Assembly: GCA_041599235.1 (NCBI GenBank)
Contig: JBFHWZ010000003.1
Location: 1 to 41,630, forward strand
Length of the DNA: 41,630 nt
DNA from: Candidatus Woesearchaeota archaeon
Lineage (GTDB): Archaea; Nanobdellota; Nanobdellia; Woesearchaeales; ARS49
Direction of reading: 5' to 3'
Shown: positions 34,839-41,630 of the stretch, piece after piece
Layout: each line of letters begins with the position of its first letter
Numbering within the stretch: position 1 is the first letter of the stretch
Position numbers and translations under genes: made by a program
Notes under the pieces: generated by a model
What the model was told of the DNA's origin: nothing
Database searches by the model: none
What the model saw: only the letters and a program-made list of their open reading frames with translations

Positions 34839-35228
34839 ATGTTAAACGATCCATTAGCAAACACATTGTCCGGCATCATGAATTATGAGAAGGTTGGCAA
34901 GAAGAGTTTTGTCATCAATCCAACCTCAAAAGTAATCTTGAAAGTACTGGACATCATGAACCAGCATGGCTATGTGGGTAAAGCAGAGCCAATCACTGAT
35001 GCAAAAGGCGGGTATGCCAATGTGCATTTGCTGGGCGCGATCAACAAATGCGGCGTGATTAAGCCGCGCTTTTCAGTTAATCTGGGCGAGTTTGAGAAAT
35101 TTGAAAAGCGGCATTTGCCAGGTAAAGGTGTTGGCATTATCATTATCTCAACTAACAAGGGTCTGATGACCTTGGAACAAGCGCGAGAAAAAGGTATTGG
35201 AGGTCGGCTCATCGCCTACTGTTACTGA
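34839..35228 (+). CDS. rps8: 30S ribosomal protein S8
   Basis: DPLAN, INKCGVIKPRF, GIGGRLIAYCY. Confidence 0.98.
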   Translation: MLNDPLANTLSGIMNYEKVGKKSFVINPTSKVILKVLDIMNQHGYVGKAEPITDAKGGYANVHLLGAINKCGVIKPRFSVNLGEFEKFEKRHLPGKGVGIIIISTNKGLMTLEQAREKGIGGRLIAYCY

Positions 35229-35770
35229 TGAAAGTAAGCATTGAAGAGGAACTGGAAATACCGCAGGGCGTTCAGGTGACGGTCAATAAAGACATTCACG
35301 TGAAAGGGCCAAAAGGCGAGCTTAGTAGGTCACTGTTCCATCCAGGCATCAAGATAGTGGTTAAAGACAATAAAGCGCTGTTCACTGCACAAAAAGCTAC
35401 CAAGCGTGAAGCAAAAGTATTGTACAGCTTCAAAGCGCACTTGGCCAACATGATGAAAGGTGTGCAAGAGCCGTGGGTGTACAAACTTAAGATTTGTTCA
35501 GGCCACTTCCCTATGAATGTGAGCGTGAGCAGCACCAAAGTAAGTATCAAAAATTTCCTTGGAGAAAAGCATCCGCGCGAGGCAAAGCTCAAGCAGGGTG
35601 TGACTGTCAAAGTCGAGGGCACTGAAGTCACTGTGGAGAGCTCTGACAAAGAGCTTGCAGGCAACACTGCCTCAGAACTGGAGTTGCTGACCAAAGTCTC
35701 TAACCGCGATTTGCGCATTTTCCAGGATGGCTTGTACCTCATCCATAAAGCAGGAAAGGATATAGAATGA
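35228..35770 (+). CDS. rpl6: 50S ribosomal protein L6
   Basis: VKGPKG, HFPMNV, NFLGEK, DLRIFQDG. Confidence 0.98.
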   Translation: MKVSIEEELEIPQGVQVTVNKDIHVKGPKGELSRSLFHPGIKIVVKDNKALFTAQKATKREAKVLYSFKAHLANMMKGVQEPWVYKLKICSGHFPMNVSVSSTKVSIKNFLGEKHPREAKLKQGVTVKVEGTEVTVESSDKELAGNTASELELLTKVSNRDLRIFQDGLYLIHKAGKDIE

Positions 35771-36336
35771 AAGACGCACTGAAATTACGAAAACAGATCA
35801 AGAACAAAAAACCTGATTTTGCTAGAGAGTCGTCTCATAAAATAAAACGCATTGGCGATAACTGGCGCAAGCCAAAAGGTCTGCACAGCAAGATGCGCAG
35901 AGGCCGCCATGGCAAGCCTGCTTCAGTGAAGCCCGGCTATGGCAGTCCGGCAAGCGTCCGCGCACTGCACAAATCAGGGCTCATTCCAGTGCTGGTGCAC
36001 AGCATGACTGACCTAAACGCCTTGAAAAAAGGCACGCATGGTGCAGTTGTTTCCGCACGAGTGGGCAACAAAAAAAGAATCATGCTCCTAACCAAGCTTA
36101 AAGAACAGGGCATCCGCGCTCTGAACATCAAGGATACTGACGCATATATCAAAAAAGTAACTGACGCTCTGGCTGCGCGCAAGTCTGCTAAGACCGCAGC
36201 AGTGAAGAAAAAAGAAACCAAAAAAGCAGAGAAAACACCAGAGAAAAAAGAGCTGACTGAGAAAGTCAGCGAAGAATCAGCAAAAGAAGAGCAAAAGAAA
36301 GAGCTTGACAAGGTCTTGACCAAGAGGACGCAATGA
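35767..36336 (+). CDS. rpl32e: 50S ribosomal protein L32e with a C-terminal charged extension
   Basis: KPDFAR, WRKPKGLHSK, GYGSP, VGNKKR. Confidence 0.96.
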   Translation: MKDALKLRKQIKNKKPDFARESSHKIKRIGDNWRKPKGLHSKMRRGRHGKPASVKPGYGSPASVRALHKSGLIPVLVHSMTDLNALKKGTHGAVVSARVGNKKRIMLLTKLKEQGIRALNIKDTDAYIKKVTDALAARKSAKTAAVKKKETKKAEKTPEKKELTEKVSEESAKEEQKKELDKVLTKRTQ

Positions 36337-36782
36337 AACTGCACAAAAAAACAGATTTGGCAGCAAAGATACTCAAGTGTAGTCCGCGCAGGGTGCGCTT
36401 TGACCCAGCACGATTAACTGAGATCAAGGAAGCAGTGACCAAGTTTGATATGCGCAACCTGATCAAGAAAGGCGCTATTACTAAAAAGCCAATACAAGGC
36501 GTTGCGCAGTTCAGGGTACGCAAGAAAAAAGTGCAGAAAAGCAAGGGCAGGCAGAAAGGTCCGGGCAGCCGCAAAGGAAAAGCAACCGCACGCCTCAAGC
36601 CCAAGCGCGACTGGATGAACACTATCAGGGCCCAACGCACAGTACTTAAGCGCTTGCGTGAGGGCAACCACATTGACAATCAAACCTTTACTGCACTCTA
36701 CCGAAAAGCCAAAGGCGGCTTTTTCAGAAGTGCACGGCACATTAAACTCTATATCAAAGAACAAGGCATGTTGAAAAAATGA
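36333..36782 (+). CDS. rpl19e: 50S ribosomal protein L19e
   Basis: LAAKIL, GPGSRKG, WMNTIRAQR, YRKAKGG. Confidence 0.97.
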   Translation: MKLHKKTDLAAKILKCSPRRVRFDPARLTEIKEAVTKFDMRNLIKKGAITKKPIQGVAQFRVRKKKVQKSKGRQKGPGSRKGKATARLKPKRDWMNTIRAQRTVLKRLREGNHIDNQTFTALYRKAKGGFFRSARHIKLYIKEQGMLKK

Positions 36783-37345
36783 AAACAGTAGCATTCAGAC
36801 GGAAGCGAGAAGGAAAAACCGATTACAAGAAGCGTCTTGCCTTGCTCAAAGGCAGCAAGCCGCGCGTTGTTATCAGACGCTCGCAAAAGCAAGTCATTGC
36901 GCAAGTTGTTGCCTACAAGCCAGCAGGCGATACAGTGCTGGTGGGCACCACATCCAAAGAGCTGAACAAGCTTGGCTGGAAAGGTGCACTGAACAACCTG
37001 CCCGCAGGCTACTTGACAGGGTATCTCCTTGCTAAAAAAGCTGCGCAGAAAAAAATCAAGGACTGCGTATTGGATGTCGGACAACAGACCAGCATCAAAG
37101 GCTGCTCAGTCTATGCTGTCCTGAAAGGCCTGGTTGATGGCGGCCTGAACATCCCGCATTCACCAGAAGTATTCCCGCAGGACGAACGCATTCGCGGCAC
37201 GCACATTGCAGCGTTTGCAAAAAAACTCAAAGAAAACAAGGAGCGCTATGAGCGCCAGTTTGCGCACTACGTCAAAAGCGGTTGTGATCCTGAGACTGTT
37301 CCAAAGCAATTTGATGATGTTATGACCAAAGTGAAGGGAGGATAA
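36779..37345 (+). CDS. rpl18: 50S ribosomal protein L18
   Basis: RRKREGKTDYKKRL, NLPAGYLTG, KGLVDGGL. Confidence 0.97.
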   Translation: MKTVAFRRKREGKTDYKKRLALLKGSKPRVVIRRSQKQVIAQVVAYKPAGDTVLVGTTSKELNKLGWKGALNNLPAGYLTGYLLAKKAAQKKIKDCVLDVGQQTSIKGCSVYAVLKGLVDGGLNIPHSPEVFPQDERIRGTHIAAFAKKLKENKERYERQFAHYVKSGCDPETVPKQFDDVMTKVKGG

Positions 37346-37346
37346 A

Positions 37347-38177
37347 ATGGCAGAAGAAGAACAACCAACCACACCAGAAACAAGCGATGACCTAACGCCA
37401 GAAGAAAAGGTTGAAGTTGAAAAAGAAGTCATTACTGATCTCCCTCGGGAAGATGTGGTTGAAAAGAAAGAGCCGCCGGTTTTGGAAGGGTGGAAGCCGC
37501 GAACCAGTCTTGGACAGCAAGTAAAAGAACGAAAAATAACTGACATTGACCAGATTATTGATAATGGCTACAAGATTTTAGAGCCAGAGATTGTTGAAGT
37601 GCTCGTGCCTGATGCAGAAAGCGAGCTGCTCTTGGTTGGCCAAAGCAAAGGAAAATTCGGGGGCGGCGCCAAGCGCGTCTTTAAGCAGACGCAAAAGAAA
37701 ACCCCTGAAGGTAACAAGCCCAGCTTCATGACCTTTGCCGTATTTGGCAATAAGAACGGCTATGTGGGTGTTGGCTCAGGCAAGAGCAAAGACACAGTAC
37801 CCGCACGTGAAAAAGCATTGCGCAAGGCAAAGCTCAACATGATCAAGATTCGATGCGGCTGCGGCAGCTGGGAATGCGGCTGCAAGACACCGCACAGCAT
37901 TCCATTCAAGGTATCAGGCAAAATGGGCAGTGTTTCAATCACGCTCATGCCTGCGCCAAAAGGTAAGGGCTTGATTGCTGAGCCAGAAATTGCAAAGATC
38001 TTGCACCTGGTAGGCATCAAAGATGTCTGGAGCAAGACCTCAGGACAAACCAAAGTCAAGGCAAACCTGGTGAAGGCAACCGTCAAAGCACTGAAGCAAT
38101 TAATGGAAATGAAAGTCAAGCATGATCAGGCCGCTACTGTCGGCATGATTGAAGGAAAAATACCAGTAAGTGAATGA
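37347..38177 (+). CDS. rps5: 30S ribosomal protein S5 with an acidic N-terminal extension
   Basis: WKPRTSLG, GNKNGYVG, GCGSWEC, PAPKGKG. Confidence 0.97.
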   Translation: MAEEEQPTTPETSDDLTPEEKVEVEKEVITDLPREDVVEKKEPPVLEGWKPRTSLGQQVKERKITDIDQIIDNGYKILEPEIVEVLVPDAESELLLVGQSKGKFGGGAKRVFKQTQKKTPEGNKPSFMTFAVFGNKNGYVGVGSGKSKDTVPAREKALRKAKLNMIKIRCGCGSWECGCKTPHSIPFKVSGKMGSVSITLMPAPKGKGLIAEPEIAKILHLVGIKDVWSKTSGQTKVKANLVKATVKALKQLMEMKVKHDQAATVGMIEGKIPVSE

Positions 38178-38530
38178 ACATGGCAAAACTAGCAATCATA
38201 CGGATTCGTGGACCATTGCGCGTCAGCCCTGCTGTACGGCGCACGTTCGAGCAACTCAAGCTCCGCAAAAAATTCAATTGCGTTATTCTTGAAGACACAC
38301 CCGCAAATAAAGGCATGCTTCAGGTGGTCAGTGGTTACATCACCTGGGGCGAAATATCTGATGATGCTCTGAAGCTGCTTGAAAAACGAAAAACGCCAGT
38401 TTGCTACACCCTGCATCCGCCACGCGGCGGCTTTGAGCGCAAGGGCACCAAAGTTGCTTTTAACGTGGGTGGCGCCTTGGGCTATCGGGGAGATAAAATC
38501 AATGCCTTGCTTGAGAGGATGGCAGCATGA
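38174..38530 (+). CDS. rpl30: 50S ribosomal protein L30
   Basis: IRIRG, GML..V..YITWGE, LHPPRGG, GYRG. Confidence 0.96.
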   Translation: MNMAKLAIIRIRGPLRVSPAVRRTFEQLKLRKKFNCVILEDTPANKGMLQVVSGYITWGEISDDALKLLEKRKTPVCYTLHPPRGGFERKGTKVAFNVGGALGYRGDKINALLERMAA

Positions 38531-38973
38531 CAGTCAAACGAAATAAGAAAAACAGAAAACAGCGCGGCTCACGAGAGTGCGGTTGGGGCCTGACCCATCG
38601 AGGCAAGGGCAACAAAGGCGGCTCAGGTAATGCAGGCAGCGGCAAAAAAGCAAAAGCAAAGATGCCAGGCAAGGGCCAGTGGAGCATTCAGCGCTTTGGC
38701 AAGCATGGCTTTAAGTCAAAGGGCCAACTGGTTATCGATACACCAATCAATGTGCGCGAACTAGAGGCACGGCTTGAACGCTGGGTCAACACCAAAGCAA
38801 TAACCAAAGAAGGTGACGTGTTTGTGGTTGACTTGCCAAAACTTGGCTACACCAAACTGCTCAGCACAGGCAAAGTCAGCCATAAGTACAAGATCACTGT
38901 TCCACGAGCATCAAAAGCAGGTATTGAAAAAGTGAAAGCTGCTGGCGGTGACGTGATTGGTGTCAAACAATGA
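38527..38973 (+). CDS. rpl15: 50S ribosomal protein L15
   Basis: RGSRECGWG, GGSGNAG, FGKHGF, EKVKAAGG. Confidence 0.97.
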   Translation: MTVKRNKKNRKQRGSRECGWGLTHRGKGNKGGSGNAGSGKKAKAKMPGKGQWSIQRFGKHGFKSKGQLVIDTPINVRELEARLERWVNTKAITKEGDVFVVDLPKLGYTKLLSTGKVSHKYKITVPRASKAGIEKVKAAGGDVIGVKQ

Positions 38974-40364
38974 GTTTTTGGAAAAATTTTATTTACAATC
39001 TGCCAGAAGTTGCAGCGCCAACGCAGCGAAAATTAGGGTTTAAGGCAAAGCTGAAATGGACCTTGATTATTCTGGTGCTGTTCTTCGTCCTTGGCTTCAT
39101 TCCCTTATTCGGGCTTGGCCAGAACGCCTTGCAGCGATTTGAGTTATTATCTATCATTCTCGGAGCCAGCTTTGGTTCTATTATCAGCTTAGGTATTGGA
39201 CCAATCGTGACTGCCAGTATCGTGCTGCAGTTATTGAATGGTTCAGGCATTGTCAAATTTGACTTGACAACACAAGATGGAAAAAAGACCTTTCAGGGCA
39301 TTCAAAAGCTCCTGAGCGTGTTCTTTATCTTGTTTGAGGCATTTATTTATGTCTTCATGGGCGGGCTTGCGCCGCCTGCAGAGCTGGTCGGTACTGCTGC
39401 ATACTTGCAGCTTGAATTTTTATTGGTATTTCAATTATTTTTAGGCGGCATGCTTATCTTATACATGGATGAAGTATGTAGCAAATGGGGCTTTGGTTCA
39501 GGAGTCAGTTTATTTATCGCAGCAGGTGTTTCGCAAAGCCTGTTTATTCGGGCCTTCAGTCCTTTACCTTCTCCAACCAATCCCTCTATCGCAACAGGAG
39601 CTATTCCTGCCTTATTTCAAAGCCTTGCAGCAGGTGATCCGCAAACAGCACTGCTGATGATTGCAGGGTTAGCATCTACTATTGTTGTGTTTGTGATTGC
39701 AGTCTATGGCCAAGCTATGAAAGTCGAGATTCCGCTCAGCTTTGGGCGCATCAGAGGCCATGGTATTCGCTGGCCTTTGAGTTTTATGTATACATCGAAC
39801 ATTCCAGTCATTCTTATTGCAGCATTGCTTGCTAACATCCAGCTCTGGGCGCAATTATTGCAAAACTGGGGGCATCCTTGGCTTGGCACCTTTGTGGGCA
39901 ATCAGCCAGCAACAGGCTTTGTTACCTGGATTTTCCCTCCTGACATTGTTGGCAAGATTATTCGTGGCAGCTTGACTAGCGCTGACTTATTCCAAGGATT
40001 AGCATACATCCTTATTCTTATTGCAGGCTGTGTCTTATTCAGCTGGTTCTGGGTCCAGACCAGTGGTATGGATGCGCGCAGCCAGGCTAAGCAGATCATG
40101 GCTTCTGGCTTGCAAATCCCTGGCTTTAGAAAAGACGAACGCGTGCTTGAACGCTTATTGACCCGCTACATTGGTCCATTGACTGTCATGGGCGCTATTC
40201 TTGTTGGCATTCTTGCAGCAGTCGCTGATGTCAGCGGTGCTTTGACTAATGGAACTGGTTTGTTGCTTGCAGTCATGATTATCTATCGCTTGTATGAAGA
40301 CATTGCCCGCCAGCACATGATGGATATGAATCCAATGATGCGAAAATTCATGGGTGGCAGCTAA
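38970..40364 (+). CDS. secY: Preprotein translocase subunit SecY/Sec61alpha
   Basis: LGIGPIVTASIVLQLL, KWGFGSGVSLFIAAG, YTSNIPVIL, IPGFR, GTGLLL. Confidence 0.99.
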   Translation: MSFWKNFIYNLPEVAAPTQRKLGFKAKLKWTLIILVLFFVLGFIPLFGLGQNALQRFELLSIILGASFGSIISLGIGPIVTASIVLQLLNGSGIVKFDLTTQDGKKTFQGIQKLLSVFFILFEAFIYVFMGGLAPPAELVGTAAYLQLEFLLVFQLFLGGMLILYMDEVCSKWGFGSGVSLFIAAGVSQSLFIRAFSPLPSPTNPSIATGAIPALFQSLAAGDPQTALLMIAGLASTIVVFVIAVYGQAMKVEIPLSFGRIRGHGIRWPLSFMYTSNIPVILIAALLANIQLWAQLLQNWGHPWLGTFVGNQPATGFVTWIFPPDIVGKIIRGSLTSADLFQGLAYILILIAGCVLFSWFWVQTSGMDARSQAKQIMASGLQIPGFRKDERVLERLLTRYIGPLTVMGAILVGILAAVADVSGALTNGTGLLLAVMIIYRLYEDIARQHMMDMNPMMRKFMGGS

Positions 40365-41135
40365 ATGGGTTTCTTAAGTTTCTTAGACCCTGCATTAGAC
40401 TTTATGTTTGGCTGGACGCTGCTATTAACTCCCTTCTGGGCACTGCTGATTATGAGTTTCTTGATTTCTTTGGTTATTGTAGTGATTTACAAATGGACCA
40501 CTGACCAAAAATTGATGAAAGACTTGAAAGATGAGACCAAAGCATTTCAAAAACAGATGAAAGAGCTCAAGGCACACCCTGAAGAAATGATGAAAGTGCA
40601 AAAAAAGGCCATGCAGACCAATATGAAATACATGACGCATTCTATGCGGCCAACCCTGATTACGTTCATCCCAATCATTCTTATCTTTGGCTGGCTGCAA
40701 GGCCATTTAGCTGTTGAGCCCATCATGCCCGGCCATGAATTCTCAGTAGAAGTCATGTTTGAAAAAGGCATCACCGGAAACATTACTGCTGCTGTTCCTG
40801 ACGGCATTAGAGTAACTGGTGAACACACCAAAGTGATTGACAATGGCAAAGCAGTGTTTACGTTTAAAGGTGATGCTGGAACGTATCGTGCGCCAGGACT
40901 TGATTTTACTGTCAATGATAAAACCTATACAAAAGAAATCATCATTGGCACTGACAGAAACTATGAAACACCGCTTAAAGTCGTCAAGGATAAGACAGTC
41001 AAAAGCATTAATACGATGCATGAAAAAACAATTGTGATGAATTTACTTGGCTGGAAGCTTGGCTGGCTCGGCACCTACATCATATTTGCATTGGTATTCT
41101 CACTGGTATTAAGAAAACTGATGAAAGTGTATTAA
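40365..41135 (+). CDS. DUF106/EMC3-TMCO1 (Oxa1/YidC superfamily) membrane protein with an inserted soluble domain
   Basis: TM1, coiled coil (TDQKLMKDLK), MRPTLITFIPIILIFGWL, final GWLGTYII TM helix; follows secY. Confidence 0.9.
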   Translation: MGFLSFLDPALDFMFGWTLLLTPFWALLIMSFLISLVIVVIYKWTTDQKLMKDLKDETKAFQKQMKELKAHPEEMMKVQKKAMQTNMKYMTHSMRPTLITFIPIILIFGWLQGHLAVEPIMPGHEFSVEVMFEKGITGNITAAVPDGIRVTGEHTKVIDNGKAVFTFKGDAGTYRAPGLDFTVNDKTYTKEIIIGTDRNYETPLKVVKDKTVKSINTMHEKTIVMNLLGWKLGWLGTYIIFALVFSLVLRKLMKVY

Positions 41136-41440
41136 GGTTTTAAGAGCTGCACATCTTTAATTTCAATTTTTTCCAAGCGGTCTTCACAACATCCGCACCT
41201 GTTGTTCATCGTAATTTTATAAAACAGCAAGTCTTTCTTTGGGTGAACAATCAAACGGTATTGGTTGTTTTGTTTATCAGACAGCTCTATTTCTCTCCAT
41301 TCTTCAAGTATTTCAAGAGCTCCTTCTTTCCAGCGTATATCCTCGTCAGATGAGTTGCTAAGGACAGTCAGGTGCACGTTATTAATCAGTATTCGATTGT
41401 TTGGCTTCAGATTGTTTAGTTTTGTTATAGTGTTTTTCAT
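41132..41440 (-). CDS. Hypothetical protein, 102 aa
   Basis: ATG 41440 lies 1 nt after the stop of the upstream ORF; AT-rich. Confidence 0.6.
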   Translation of the reverse strand: MKNTITKLNNLKPNNRILINNVHLTVLSNSSDEDIRWKEGALEILEEWREIELSDKQNNQYRLIVHPKKDLLFYKITMNNRCGCCEDRLEKIEIKDVQLLKP

Positions 41441-41441
41441 T

Positions 41442-41630
41442 TTAAGCATTTCTTTCAAATCGCCATATAAACGGAAACCCGCCTGTGGAACAGCCCGCAT
41501 ACTCTTTTCTAGAGGCCCCATGATCTTCTTCGCGCGTAGCACATTCCAAATCACAAATGAGCGCTTTCCCTTCTAGCGCGGGGTTTCGGACAACGCCGTC
41601 ATATAATTGAATTTTTCCGCCATCAACAAT
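41442..41630 (-). CDS. C-terminal part of a hypothetical protein (5' end outside the window)
   Basis: Open frame IVDGGKIQLYDGVVRNP...GGFPFIWRFERNA* from the window edge. Confidence 0.5.
   Translation of the reverse strand: MVDGGKIQLYDGVVRNPALEGKALICDLECATREEDHGASRKEYAGCSTGGFPFIWRFERNA

Noticed and set aside
27497-38687. Many 60-210 aa minus-strand ORFs across the r-protein operon (likewise 17481-18110 and 26293-26937)
   Set aside because: Antisense shadows of well-supported conserved genes
41132-41554. 140-aa version of the last ORF with a GTG start
   Set aside because: Overlaps another open frame ending at 41442; ATG 41440 right after that stop is more parsimonious
1-41630. Alternative genetic code, inteins or mobile elements
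   Set aside because: Conserved genes are full length and end in TAA, TAG or TGA with normal coupling; GyrA, Hef and primase show no intein-sized inserts; no transposase or integrase motifs seen

Overview
Archaeal core-genome window, most likely from a DPANN archaeon of the Woesearchaeota type. This is inferred from the fused PriS-PriL primase, bacterial-type GyrA, archaeal r-proteins and TATA/BRE promoters. It contains: the S13-S4-S11-RpoD-tRNA-Leu-L18e-L13-S9-RpoN operon; tRNA-His; an RNase P RNA heading a Sec61beta/NAC unit; gyrA; scpB; an intron-containing tRNA-Leu(CAA); RNase J; PCNA; a radical SAM protein; a PRC-barrel protein; TraB; Hef; HtpX; primase; and the L3 to L15-SecY-DUF106 superoperon. 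I saw no CRISPR array, transposase or rRNA. Best leads: (1) a three-gene operon of mutually paralogous coiled-coil proteins (13868-15008) near scpB/gyrA; (2) an RNase P RNA whose hand-folded structure fits no standard archaeal type, while rnp1/Rpp29 is missing from its usual operon slot; (3) structured 5' leaders on both r-protein operons; (4) two apparent pseudo-enzymes, a THUMP methyltransferase and a site-2 protease; (5) a phased ~10-11 bp periodic element at identical distance upstream of the gyrA and rnpB promoters. All calls are by eye, with no database searches or folding software.
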